DNA of 64,000 nt, from NCBI GenBank assembly GCA_965655095.1, contig OZ296653.1, positions 6,510,001-6,574,000 on the forward strand. The letters run 5' to 3'. Every line of letters begins with the position of its first letter. Position 1 is the stretch's first letter. Under the pieces are notes generated by a model. The model worked only from the letters and a program-made list of their open reading frames with translations. It was not told where the DNA came from and did no database searches. The position numbers and the translations under genes were made by a program. This document shows positions 12,783 to 26,463 of this stretch, piece after piece. The stretch is from Haplodiscus bocki. Its lineage: Eukaryota.

Positions 12783-14550
12783 CTATTAGTTGGTGTAAAT
12801 GGTAGTCTCGTCTTCCTTCTCTACTGTTGTATAGTGTTGCACGTTCTGTAGTCTTTTTCTCTTCGCCTCTCTAAGGTAGAGGCAGTGGAATAATCTAATA
12901 GGAGCAGGTTATAAAACAATTCTTCACCTTTTACACCAACTATAACTGTAATTATAACCAACCACGCAACGAAGCAATCAGTGTTAGTTGGTTTTTGATG
13001 TGCTGCCGGTATCACACGTAGTACGTCTATTACAGGAAAGGGTACTGTGCAAGGGTATGAAATGAGAAAGCGAGACGAAGAATTTGGTGAAGAGAGGTGA
13101 AAAGTTAAGAAATGTATTTGAAAATGAGATTAACTCTCCTGGACTCGATTTCTTTCCTTTCGTATTATGGAGTGCAGCAACAGACAGCAAGATTGGAGTA
13201 AATGCAGAAACGGAAACAGAACCAGAAGTGACATGGGATTTGCGCACCGAATAAGAGTAGTGCAATAGTTGGTACCAAGCAATAAAACTGCAATGGCAGA
13301 GCTGCGTTTCAAGCACCCATCCAGCCGCTAAAGAACGAAAGAATGACCGATTGATTATTTATTGTACTAGAAACGTCACTCTTACATGTACATATATTCT
13401 CTTTCCACTATATGTTATAATTCCGAGTGTCAATCTGTATAAACAAAGAAACTTGGTTTAAATGTAGACGTAGGAGTAACACGCAGGAGTGAGTAACTCC
13501 TTCTTCCCAATTTCATTTCTTCTGGAATAGGAAAAGTAACACTTTTGAAAGTATATAAAAAACCAGAAGCGAACAGAAGGAAGACTTAGTATGCAATTGG
13601 TATACTCCAGGTATGAGAAGGGTCAAATGTGAACGCGCTGCAACAAATGTTGAACCCTTCACAGCGCCTCTTAAATTCAAGTCCAAAAGCGGCACCGTTT
13701 GAATAATGTTCGCTCAAACAAGGTCGTACTTAATCTATGAGTTTATGTCTTTTGTTCTGTACAATTCTGGATCAGATGTACTGTACTTTTGAGATCAATT
13801 CAATTCAATGCGATACGATCCGACGAGAAGCTAAGGTTACAACTGACATGATACTCCAGATTTTTTGATCTACACGTGGAATAAACAACAAGACTTGCAG
13901 TTATGTCGCCGCCTCTTGTTTCAGTTACCACATTTTGACCTTACATGCTGTGTCATATTCTTTCGTTCTGTTTTCAACTCAGGCCCAACAGAGCAGAAAG
14001 AGGAGCTGAAAAAAAAGAAGACACCGTTGACACTGATTACGTAACCTACTAAACTGCAGTGATCTAAATTATTACCTTACATGCATGTACATGCGTCATG
14101 GCACATGCCAATAATGGCCACATAATGGTCTGATCGTCGGAACCGATTCACTGAGCCAAGTTTGCATCGGTTAATTACAAGTAATTCATTAATATCTAGA
14201 GAACTCACCGCACCGTTTGATAGGCGTACACTGACTGATATGGCCTCACTTTCAAATTGAAAGTTTCAATCTGTTCACCTCCGATGAAGTATCAAATAGA
14301 TCGCTGGTTAAATTTTCCATGTAAAGCCATCTAGTATTAACTTTTCCAAATTCCTCCAAAATAATAATTCAAATCATACTGGAAAATGACAGGTTATTTA
14401 CGTAAAAATATCGAAATTAGGAAAATACAAGAACCATTCCAATTTTTGACCTGTTAGATATTCATAGAGAACGTCTCTGAATAGAAAAAAAAACACTAAC
14501 ATTCAGATGACGTTGGTCTTTTGTGGTAAACAAGAATCTGACAAACTCCT

Positions 14551-14915
14551 ACACAGTCGAAGCTGTGCTTCACAAAACTTGCGCCAACGAAATACTAGTG
14601 AAAAAAATCGACTTAAAATAACCTGATTTTTGAAGGAGCCACGATGATACTAACACTACTGACAACAAGTGTATAGCAACTCGGTTTATTCTTGTACGTT
14701 TATATACAAGTAAGAAACGTTATAATATTTCACTCGGTTCATATTATAAGGAAAAACACATTCTCATGCGACAATGGCACAGTGAGGTAGAGCATGCGAC
14801 TGCTGCCCGAACGGTCACAGGTTTGAGCCTAGGCCAATCCGCTTTCTTTGGTCAAATCTAGGAACTTGTGTCAGTCGTGAATGGTTTGGAAAACTTTAAA
14901 TGCGCAAGTATGAAA
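14551..14915 (-). repeat. Dispersed repeat family C (HINE-like) carrying an internal tRNA-like segment
   Basis: Terminal CGAAGCTGTGCTTC hairpin followed by ACTTGCGC, with the inverted GCGCAAGT at 14902-14909. The same terminus occurs at 47438, 37341 and 39775. Confidence 0.6.
14768..14842 (+). pseudogene. tRNA-derived (SINE-head-like) sequence
   Basis: A-box-like TGGCACAGTGAGGTAGAGC and B-box-like GGTTTGAGCC at tRNA spacing. Acceptor stem does not pair well, so not a functional tRNA. Confidence 0.55.
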
Positions 14916-15304
14916 AGGATGTCTTTTCTCTTGCTCTGTTCACGCGAGAACCAAAATCAACTAAATCAAAGAACGATTTTGGTCGTCTCATAACCAATCT
15001 CACCGACACTTGCAAGTGATGCCTTACAATACAAGAAGGGGTGTAAAATAACTTTTAGACGGCGCTTTACTTAATTAAAAATGCCGACTATTAGAGAGAA
15101 GACAACAGACTCACACTGATTCGATCACACTGATTTGAACAGACTTTTTGGCATTTATGTATCAATGCCTGTTATGGTTCTCTCTAAACTGGTTAAAACT
15201 GAAAAAGCCACTAATACCTTTTCTAGAAGCAAAAACTGTCCAAAAAGTCCAAAACATATTTCCACATTTTCTGGAAAATGATCGTCTGGTTCATATTTTA
15301 TACT

Positions 15305-15368
15305 ACCCAGAGAGTAGGACAAAAGAGCTCCGAAGCCACAGGACGCCGGTTCGAGTCCCGGTATAGGC
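15305..15368 (+). repeat. tRNA-derived SINE-head-like fragment
   Basis: B-box GGTTCGAGTCCCGG preceded by CTCCGAAGCCACAGG. A related inverted copy lies at 52029-52095 (CAAAACGCTTCCGAATCCAGAGGTCGTGTGTTGGAACCCCAGAATATAGGC). Confidence 0.5.
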
Positions 15369-16999
15369 AATAATCTTTTCACATTTTATACCGGAAACTA
15401 AAGTAAAAATCTACCTATTTTCGAAAAAAAAATGAAAATTTGATCCATTTTTTCGCGATACTCCCTTTATAAAAATCACCAAATCGACAAGTAGCGGGTT
15501 CTTATTCCAGCTTAAGCTTTGTTTTATTTTATAACAAAATAATTTACCAATGTACATTTTTTCAAGTGTCAAAAAATCTACTCCGTCCGACGAGTATTTT
15601 GAGCCATACAAGTGATGCTGACTGGCCATTCTTGACTTGTTTTTTTTTAAATTACAGCTGTCAAAAACAATAAAAACATTCACATAGATTTTAAAATTCG
15701 TTATTTTTTCGAATCAACAAGTCAAAGTTTGTATTCACTGCCTATCATTAGAGGAAATTTTGCTCAACAGATTTTTCCGTGCGTGGACAAAGTGTTTAGA
15801 GACATTCTGCAGTCAGTAAAATTGTCAACGGGTTGACATGGCTTTTGATGTGAGTCATTTAGAAAAAAAAAGAAAAATCTTATTACAAAAAACAGTTCCC
15901 AAATAATTTCAGTTGTTTATTTTTGTTAGTTAAAAAAATGAAAAATTATTTTTTTTTCGGTTTGCAATACTACTTTTACAGCCCTGATTACAAGTGTATG
16001 CACTAAAGTGCTGTAACGAAGAAATCGAACATAAAAGCTGTGATAAAAGCAATTCAAGAAAAGCGTGACTGTTTGACGTTCTTCATTTTCACTGCACTTG
16101 CATTGATTGTTCAAGCAAGATAGTATTTTTGGCAATTTGTCCAAAATTCAACAAATTAGCATAGAGAAATGGCTTCGATAAAGTTAGGGACTTTTTTGAG
16201 TCCAAAAACTTCAGAGACTTTTTCTGAGAACACGTAGAAATTGCAAATACGAAAACGGAGTTTATTCTTGTTACTGGAGTTTTTTTGAACCGTCAATGGA
16301 CCACAGTACGGATTCGTACCAAATTAATTAGGCTCTAACTTCACAGCGAGAGCGTTGTGAGTTCTCAATGACGTAATTGTTGTATTGAAGTTCTGATTAG
16401 TCTAGACAAACAAAGCTGTAAATATCATTACCAAACAATTTACAAGTTCCACATTCGGAACGTTATTACATGCGTAAAATCAAATCTGCATTTCACTAAT
16501 TTTGCAGTAAAAACTCAGCGAAGCGAGCCTGGATATTGTATTCGGAACTATTTATCACAACCAGCCATTAAAAAGACATTACGTTTCAATCACAGGCGCT
16601 TAATTATGCTTCCACTTTGAGGCAGTACGTTTGCGCGATTAATAATTCAGAACGAAATCGTTTTGAAACGATTTCTTTCATTATTTTCCACTATTCAAGA
16701 GCATAAATGAGTACGAATTATTCGAGTATGATGTTCGGTGGAAAAATGTTATTCGAGTGTGATGTTCGGTGGAAAAATGAAGAGGAAAATACTTTAGTAC
16801 TCGCAGAACTCACGCCTTCCGAAGATTGCAATATCGAAGTTTCATGGAAGATGATCCAGAGTGGCTGTGCAAATTTGAAACCTTCTGAGCAACAAACGAT
16901 GTGAAGTGACATTGCAGCGCCAATATTGTTAATCTCACAGATGTTTTATTGTCTAATGGCCTTCCATTCATCAGGAAAAATGTTCAAGGGAAAGACGAT

Positions 17000-18310
17000 C
17001 TTTACTGTGAGGGAAATATTACCCGCGTAACTGGAAGCAGTGGAGAGCTCAAAATAAAACTATGCTACAATCTTCACTGAAGCGAATCCAAAACAACCGA
17101 TAGACAAAGCCCGAAATCGACCGTCGTGGGGAAGTGAATCAAAAAACGCTAATAAAAAAGCAAACGATGCGTCTGAAAGAGAAGAAAGGGATCTTCTAGC
17201 ATCTGATTCGGAAGACGAGTTAAATATTGAATCCTACAAGAAAGCATGCCTCGCGGAAACTTCCCCAGACGAAAAACATCTCAGGAAAGTCTTTGCTGGT
17301 ATCTACCATAGGGAGCACGCAACACTAAACCCCATTGAATATTTCCGGTGAAATTTTGTGACTAAATAAGGCGAGAAGGCGAACATCTTTCCAGCCGGCA
17401 AAAAATCAATACATCGTTCAGCATCAAAAAAAAATCAGAGGTCTATATTAGCATTACTCCGTTCCTGAAACTGGTGAAAACGCCGTCAAACAGACGTTAT
17501 TTGGCTTCCGCAGCAAGACACCACCATCAACTCGCTAATTCGATGAGTCGGAATCGTTTCGAGTCAATAACTGCCGGTCTGCATTATGAAGATCTTCTGT
17601 ACCATCCTCTGCCAATAGAAAGATTAACTCTTATTAGAGCCCCAGGTTTGAAATTGGACTCTGAGAGCAAACCTGAAAGAGGGTGGTATTCAAGTAAGAC
17701 GTTGAAGATTCAAGGCGTGAACCTGTATGCAACTAAAAAAGTTTGACAATAAACCGGTTCCCTCTCTTCTTCTGAGCCTGACGGCTCGGTACCAAGCAAC
17801 AAGTACCAGTTTCTAATTAACCATAGTGGCACTACAATGTATCCTTATTTACAAAAAAACAAAGGGATTTCTTGCTGAACTAAACAGCTACTTGGGTGTG
17901 TTCAGACTAACTACCCACTGCAGATTAAGAGCGTATGTTAAAAAATAAAGAACCTTCTTAACATCATTGGAACTAATTGTTGGCTGGAATATAACAGAGA
18001 TTGTGACCAGCAGAATTTCATTGAAACACTAAGTTGTCATTTCATTCGCTAGAATGAATATTTGCAGTCATGCTGCGAAGTCATGGTTTACAAGAAAAGA
18101 TCTCGAAGCAAAAGAGAGGTAGGTGTCACGCGGCGCCGAAAACAGACCCTAGACCCAAAAATCCCACTGACGAAGTCAGATTTCACTGTCTGTCCACTGG
18201 AATTAGGAGCAACAACCTGGGCTCCGAATGCCGAATTAAGGAAGTACGGCGAAAACGGTCCGAAATACAAAATATTGGTACGATACGGGATTGATTATTT
18301 TCCGTCGTAA
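17000..18310 (+). mobile_element. Degenerate piggyBac transposase relic
   Basis: MSRNRFESITAGLHY (piggyBac MSRNRF..I...LHF motif) at ~17543, ELNSYLGVFRL at ~17877 and IGTNCWLEYNRDCDQ at ~17965 (cf. NAWLLY). Multiple frameshifts; TTAA ends not securely located. Confidence 0.75.
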
Positions 18311-18554
18311 TATAATTTACGAAAAAGAGATCAATCCCTCAGACCTAGATCTTTTTCTCCGGTGATTCGCCAACTCGGAGTGAACAAAGTCAGGATTTCA
18401 ACCCCGAAAAAGTCAACCCCAACGTAACTCCGGACACGTTAAATGCCCTATTGACAGAGCTGTCGGAACTCATTTACTCCAAGTCGGAAGAAAAATTGCT
18501 CGTAGTCGGAAAACTTTCCAAATTTACGAAGTTTTGAAATTTTTTTCACGTCCA

Positions 18555-18720
18555 AATTGTTTCACTGGACACCTACATTTCAGTTTTGACAACCCTGTCG
18601 AAAAAATTTCGCTCAAAACCTGATTTTATTCGCACAAAGTCTGAACTTTTTTTCACTCAAAGTACAAAAAAAAAAGTTATAATTTCTTTTGAAAAAGTTT
18701 TCTCAAAATGTTACTAAACA
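18555..18720 (+). repeat. Satellite-like repeat unit (same family as 10035-10315)
   Basis: GGACACCTACATTTCAGTTTTGACAACCCTGTCGAAAAAATTTCGCTCAAA. Confidence 0.7.
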
Positions 18721-21700
18721 TATTTAATCTTAAAATTTCGTTTTGCTGAATGTCGAAACTCACCTTTGTCCATAACTGCATTGTTCAATTGTTCCATCAG
18801 CATCATCGGTTTTTTACTTGAGGAGAAAGTATCAAGAAAAAAATAGTGTTTCCCTTTGAGACCGAATCCTCTTGCCACTGCCAAAAGAAGGTATCAATAA
18901 AAAAAAGTCCCCGGTTTTCGAAAGTATGATACTTCAAATACATCAGCTTGAACTTTGGCATAAAGAGTTCAATGGACCGCTCTTCAACGGAGGAAGGCTA
19001 AAAGAAAAAAAATGAAATAAGTTGCTTCAGTCGAAATCCTAATGGTCCAAAAAAGCTATTAATTTAGACAATTCTCGATATTCAAATTCATATTCATAAT
19101 AACAATTGGCTTCATTTCTTCCATCAAGGTCTCAATCATCAATTTTCTACATATTAAGATCTTCGACAAAAGCAATTATCGATTTACTTTGTGTCGGCAT
19201 CCTGACACTGGCAAAATGCCAAAAATTGATCATAATATTGACACCTCGACATTCAAATCCAAATTCTTTCAACACAACCTGCTTTGCACCTACTGCAAAC
19301 GTAGCAATCAACAAGTTTTACTAAGGGAGGGCTTTCCAAAAACTAATCAGTTTTAGGCAACCTTAACGCAAGCAAAGCGAAGCCTTTTCAGACATCCACA
19401 GCGGAAATTTCAGAGGCAAGTTCTTTCTTTCCTAGTTTCAAAAATTCTAATCGAATCCCGATAATTCTTACCTATTTTAAGGAGTTCTCCAAGTTCTACA
19501 GAAACGTTAAATCAAGGCTCTAATCTATCACAAATTAACTTTTGGTTGTGCGATGATTTTCTGGATAGAAGACCTTGCGAAAGAATCTCGAAAAACGGAC
19601 TGCAGAATTTGACCGTAGTTTTCAATTAATTGAGTTTTTCCTAGTTGTAAAGCTCAATGAGTTGGGATTTTTCACAGGCTTAACGAAGAGGCTCTGTTCT
19701 ATCACATCCTGTACTTCAGTAGCACTCCGTCAAATTCAAATTTTTCGATTTGTGGTCAAGCACTTCAATATATTCGAGTTCAAACAAACATAACAAAGAC
19801 ACTAAAATCTATGAATCTTAATTTTTGTTGTGGTGACGAAGTTTATCGATAGTTTAAGATACTATTTGCGCAACGATCTTAAAAATTGAACATTTTCTCA
19901 TGATTTACCCTGAAACTTTATTCTCTTGTACTGGGAGCAAGTCGGAGAAAAACAATTGATTTGCTAGGGTATGAGAAAAAACGAAAGATTGTTCTTACAA
20001 TTTGGTTGCTGACAGAGAAGTTTTCGCTGCTGTTTATTACGAACGAATCTTGGAAATCGAACTCAAGTTGGTGTTCCCGGATCATTGTCATTTTGAAGTC
20101 TTTTATTTTGGCACGTACGTTTGCGAGTTTCTTTAATTAAATATAGCGTCCACCAAAAATTCCCATTAATGATATAGCAGTTTTTCGTTGCGGTGTCAAA
20201 ATCTCTCGCTAGATTTTTCTGCGAAAATATTCTGAAAATAGAGCTTTGTTGGTATCTATTCAGTCAATTTGTAGTACTTTATATTCGATGGACCAAAAAT
20301 ATTTCATCACTTGCACCAGATTAATGAAAGACTACGCTCGCTTGTCTCTTAGAGTTTGGTAGCGGTCAAAAATTGCAGAATTTTTGAAAGGTTTTTCAAC
20401 GAGAGAAACTTGATATTCGAACTATATTCGGCAACTTTGACCAATTTTAGTACAATGTATCCTAAGATACGCCTGACAAATGCCCAGATTCTGTTTTATT
20501 CTGTTCTAGATTCCAGATTCTGTTTAAGGAGACTGCAGTTTTTATCTGAGAACTCTTGGTGAAAATCTGAATTTCTTTTGCTAGGATTTTTGGTGACACA
20601 ACGTGATAATGGAGCTATTCTTGATATTGTGAAACTATTTTTGTCCATTTTTTTTTATCTTGTGGCAGTTACATCTAAAAACCAACCAAAACTTTCGAAT
20701 AAAGTAATAGGGAGGCTACCATTATTTAACAATTATTTTCGGATCAAAGTTTATCCGCATCTCTTCAACGAAAAAAACTGCCAGATCGGGATTTGATGGC
20801 CATTCGAAAGCATTGTGAATCTTCAACCCTATATCCTGAAACAAGGACAAAGCAAGAGGCCGATTGCGCACTGCGACAATCGAGACACTCCATTGCAGAA
20901 CGCGCTGTGTTTTAAATGCAGTCAGAAGTTTTTTTCTCCTTAGAATACCTGAAATCGATCTATTTTAAATACATTTCGAAAGCTTAGATGCATGTCGAAT
21001 CCGTGAAGCAACGAGGTTTCAATCAAAACATAATGGCACGCTTTCCTTTTTTTTCGGGAGCTCTTGCCCGCGAGCCTAGCACGATCCCTTAGTGCGTATG
21101 TCTTTTGGCTTCCGATTCGTGACCAGCCGAAAATGTTATCACTAATTACATCTAGGTTTTCGAACTCACATTTCTCTACAACTACGAGCTCAAAATCTTC
21201 CATCAAGGGCTCAAGCGACATTTCTGAGCTTCGGAAGAAATACTCGAAAGAAATATGATGGGTCTTGATCCTTGCGCGGAAACCTGATGGTCCCAAAAAA
21301 GCCAAAAGTGATTCACTTTTAACGTATGCCCATATTCAAATTCTTATTTCTCCATAACCATTAACTTGACATCTTCCACTAAGGTGCAAATTGACAGCTT
21401 TTGTTTATAGATGGGACTTCGAATCTGAATTCCTCGATTTTTGCACAATCAACAGAATTTTCACAATAGGCCGAAACGCGCAACTGTTTTTGTTATTTTG
21501 TCGATATTTATACTCATATGTTTCTTAAAGCATTTCTGCGATATAACATGGCTTCCGCAAAGGTATTCAAACCTTATTATAAACTCAATAGAATAAAAAA
21601 TTATAAATTAAAGAATCAAACAAGAAAGTAGACGCTTGAATTTTTCGGACAAGGTCTCAATCGACATTTTTAAATCAAAAATTTTGTGAAAATAATTGTT

Positions 21701-23707
21701 ATTTGTTCAATCAATTATTACCAGACCACTTTGACGGAAAATATCGCTGTGCGAATTCGCCTCTTGCTAAATTTTCATTGAAATTGGCACAGCTGAAATT
21801 TTTTGAAAATTTATTTCGAAAGTAGCCTTTTTCATTTTATTAACTTGACTCAAATCTTAAAAGCATTAATTTTGACGTCTATCGACCATTTAGGGTTAAT
21901 ATACGGTCTGGTTGGAGGCAATAGTTGTATACGATGCTACGGAGGGCGATTAGTGATGACCATTTCTATTTTTTTAAAAGAAAAAATAACTCATTAAATT
22001 GTTGATAATAAAGAAATCAATTGAAATGAAAATGTGAAATACACTTTTTAAAATCAAAGACCTCTTCCACAGTAGTTATCGCTTTGATCAAATGTTTGCC
22101 GGGCCAGAAATGCCTCAGATACTCGATGTAAATTAAATTACTTTTAAATTAATGTCTAATTTTTCAAGAAGTACTTCTGGCAATTTTGTATTTTACGACA
22201 ACTACTTTGACTATTGAAATTGTTTTCGCCAAGGCAAATTATAAAAATCATTTTACATTAACTGAAAATTATTTTAAATTAAGAATAGAAATGAACATCG
22301 AAGGACATCGCTGACTACGGTATAGCAAGATATTAAATTTGATGGAACTGAGGAGGCTTAATTCAATTCATTCAAACTTGATACTCCAATTGATAAATAG
22401 TACAGACCGAAACTCATAAACTGAAACACATTCGGCGCACCATTACGACGTAAGGTGAATGAGAAAGAAGTTGGTGAGATCAAGACGCCTAATTGGTATC
22501 TTTGGACAAGTGCAAATCCCGAAATGTCATTTGTCAATAGTTCCAACAACTTCTACTTGAATAGAAACTAAATGCCAGTTTAATAAACTAAAATTAGCGC
22601 TTTTTCAACCAGAGAATTTTCCAGAGAAACAATCAAAAGTCGATGGAAAGACTAAGCTTTGAAATAAAGATCACGAGTCGAAAGTAGTTCACGCAGTGAA
22701 TTTGACCAGTTCACCAACTTCGCAATAATTTTTGTAGAGACTTGAGCGAATTGATGATCGATGGCCAGTCATTGTCATTGGGTGTTGTCGGTCCCACATT
22801 GCTATTGTCAAAAGTGTCTTCCTATCTAGTCAAATTACTACGAACTATTTTAAATCTCAGCAGCCTTAAACTTTCATCTTGCGCATCAAATTGCAACTGC
22901 TCGTGCCAGGAAAGCCGTCGGAACGCATAATGAAGGTGCCAAGGGCAGCACTGGTTTCAATACTGAACACCAGTGCGTTTTCAAACTCATGGGAATTACA
23001 ATTTACTTCCCCCTCAGGAAGAGCTATACTCACTCATGTATGGCTACTCGCATATTTGCAGCCCTAATGTTATGTATTACGTTCTTAATACACAACGTTC
23101 TCACAAGAACTCTACAGAAATTTTAATACTTCCTCTATGATGTTTCATCTGTTCTCCCTTTTTTAGACATTAAGATGGTCTTAATAACCGAAACATGTTG
23201 TCCCCTATGAATTCTAATATTCCAACTCGAAAGTTCTAGAGAAAATGAGCAGAAATTGTCAGCAGCAAGTTTAATTATTAAATTCAAGGGACCCAAAAAT
23301 TACATTACGAACAAGGCAGAGGCGAAATAACCAATGATTACCGATTCAAGCTCTAGAAATTTCAAAAAAGGAAAATGAATCATCAGATGCGTCAAAACAC
23401 GGAAAATTCTGTCGCTGTTTGTCCACAAGCCAAACGTAGACTTAAAATCAATTCCAAGAATTCGACCATTGTTTCGTAACAATTGCTCCATCATAGGTGC
23501 TACGCTATTTCAGCAATTCTTGACATCAATTTATCCAAAATTTCAAAATGAAACTTCAGTAATTCAGGAAAGTGATCAGCCGGTGAAGCAGCTGGCTGTC
23601 ACGCTGCAGCTGGCAGACTCGAACCCCAGACGAGAATAACATTTACAAAAAATTTAAGAAAATGATAATTTGAAAAAAGACAGTCACCAAAACAGCAAGA
23701 TGAAAAT

Positions 23708-24133
23708 ACAGAGGCGAAGCGGAATGTAGCCACACATTCTGGCTCAGTTGAGATCACGGATCAGCAGTACTTTTGAAACTAGGACCCGAGATGTGATTGA
23801 CACTTTTATAAATACCAGCTTCAATCAAGAGATCGTTTGAAAAAAGCAAATTGAGACAAGTAGCTGGAACACTGCCTGATCATCAAAAACACTGATATGT
23901 CAATCATGTTTTTTTTCAGGCTCCGCCATTTTGCTGCCCAATGTTTAGGAAGTAAACACAGTAGAAAACGTAAAAATGAACAAGTACCTGCAAAAAAGGT
24001 AGTTTTTGACCATTTCCAATAGATGACTAGACTGTCTGATGACGTCATACAAAGAAAGTTTTGGACAAACTACAAAAACTAAGCATCAGCCCGTTTCAAT
24101 ATACATTCTTACTTCCAATCAGAATGTGTGAAA
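23708..24133 (-). repeat. Dispersed repeat family B (HINE-like), copy 1
   Basis: ACACATTCTG ... CAGAATGTGT subterminal inverted repeats, with an AGAGGCGAAGCGG terminus. Homologous to 43760-44170 and 59900-60652; partial copies at ~24440-24737 and ~28480-28820. Confidence 0.8.
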
Positions 24134-25869
24134 ACCAAAATCGCCAAATCTAATCATCCAAATTGTTAGAATTTCCATTACAGGAATAGCTTTACTAAAA
24201 ATAGAAGTTTCTTAGAATCTTATCTAGCTAAGAATAGTTTTTCTGGACTTTCTACAGGCAAAATCAAGCAAGTTAGATAACAAATTTTGACCCGAATTGT
24301 TTTTACCATTTTTCAACATTTCATCAATTAAACGAGTTTTTGAGAAATCTAACAATCAAAAAACCGCTCTGAGTATTCGACCGCATTGATATGGATTGAA
24401 TAAAAATTAATCCAGAAAGCATTTTTTGAGCTCAAATTTGTAACAGATATCGTTTTTCATCGGGTTACCTAGTAACCAAGACACTGAGGACATTGATATG
24501 AACAAAATGACTTTCCAGGACACTATTGTTCATTTTTTTCAGACCGTATGTTCACATAGTGGCACTTTTTGCAACGCGAAAAAGAACAATTGCTTGCGAA
24601 AACGAAGCAACTTTTGATTGTTTTCACTACATCGCTAGACTCCCTCATGACGTCACAATTAGCATTTTTTGGACAGAAAAAAACTAAGCATAGGCCAGTT
24701 TCCTATACACTTTTTCCCTTTCAGTCAGAATGCGTAGAAACGACTAAACCTGCTACTTGCTTGAGTTTCTAAGTAGGGAGTGCTAAATTATATTCCAGCT
24801 ACAGCTGGACAGATTTAATTAGATCAAAATTCCACAATATCTTATTTCAAAACAAACGTAGAAACAGATTTTATTCTTCAATTACAAGACATTTCGCAGA
24901 AAAAACACAAAACACTATCCATGCATATCGAGAGAATCTCCCGGAGGGGATTTTTTGAATCGGCACTGGATGGAGGTAATTGCACCGATAGACTTCGGCG
25001 AAATATATTTGACGAAAGTATCAAATGAAAACACCTTCGGTTTTTCTGTTACAATTTGATTGAAGAATTATGGAAACCGAAGTAATAGAAGACAACCTGG
25101 CACTCCAAAGAGGTTCTAAGTAAGACGAAATCATATCATGTTCGAACAACTAGTTGGTCGAGGCAATCGGACCAAGAGTTCTCGAGAAAATCACAATGAA
25201 TGGGAAGGAGAAAGTGAAAACTTCGTCTCATTTTCAATTACATGTTTGAAATTTTCGTATAAAAAAAGTACAAAATATACAAACCCGGACAATCTACAGA
25301 GTTACCAATTAGGCCGTTTCTGAATTGTGCTCAATATTTAGCTAGGTGGGACAATCCGATCAATAACTTTTTTGGAATAAAACTTTTCACGAACGAAAGA
25401 AGCAACTGAAAGATTCCTAAATTTTGAAGATTAAATAGGCTCTTCAGCAGAGGCTCACGGAAACTAGCAGTTTAAGTAGCGGTGCATTGTCGCAATTTCA
25501 TAAATACAATCTTAACAGAAATTGAACGACTAAAGTGGAAACGTCTTTGATTATTCTATTACAAGGCAAAAACTTATCAAGATGGAAGTAGGAAACAGAA
25601 AATCACCACGTTTTCGTAGACACCCTAGGCTGCGAATGATTGGATTACCTCTGGATGGACTACTCCTTCCACCTTTGCAAAAAGAACCAAATAAATACTG
25701 TTAATTTCCGAAAGACATATTGAAACTTTTTTCTAATTCAACATGAAAGCGGGACTCCAAACTCACCAGTCTTTCCAGCTATCATGTGCTCAAAATATCT
25801 TTGAAAAGTAGCAATACCATCTTTATTTTAGAGACAACTATCGTTCAAAAGAAGAAGGCATTTGGTCAA

Positions 25870-26463
25870 AACAAGAGCCGGCTAACACCGGCATATTCTC
25901 CACCCACCAATTTGGTTAAATGTGCCTTGTAAAAAGATGAAAGCGTTTTTTTTTAAGAAAAACCATACTCTTTTTTCGTCAATTGTCAAATTTTGTAAGT
26001 ACTCAAATTTAAAAGTTCTGATTTTTTTTGCAAAAATTCACAATGAAGGTGGAAAAAAGATTTTGAAGAAATAAAATCAATTGATATGCATTCGACAGCA
26101 AATTTGCCACCTTAACCGATGTTGAAAAAAAACAGGAAGAAAGCAGAAATAAAATTTTCGGCAGGGTTGTCAAAACTGCTATCTGCGTGTCCAAGGGAAC
26201 ATTTTGAGAATATATTTTTGAAAAAAAATATACTTTTACAAATATATTTTCGGATTTTGAGCGAAAAATTTTCGGCACGGTTGTCAAAACTGCATTCTAC
26301 GAGTCCAGACGAACATTTTAGGGTTTTCAGAATTTTTTTACAAACGTGAACGCACATCGATTTAAAACGCGAACGCAATTGGCAAACATCGGGTAAAAAA
26401 AAAACGTTTTATTTGAGCGGAAGATTTTTTCCACATATAATAAATAATATGGCGGAAAATAAT
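25870..26463 (-). repeat. Dispersed repeat family A, copy 3, with nested satellite units
   Basis: Begins AACAAGAGCCGGCTAACACCGGCATATTCTCCACCC (reverse complement of the family A 3' end) and ends ATATGGCGGAAAATA. Positions 26150-26345 hold two inverted satellite units. Confidence 0.75.
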
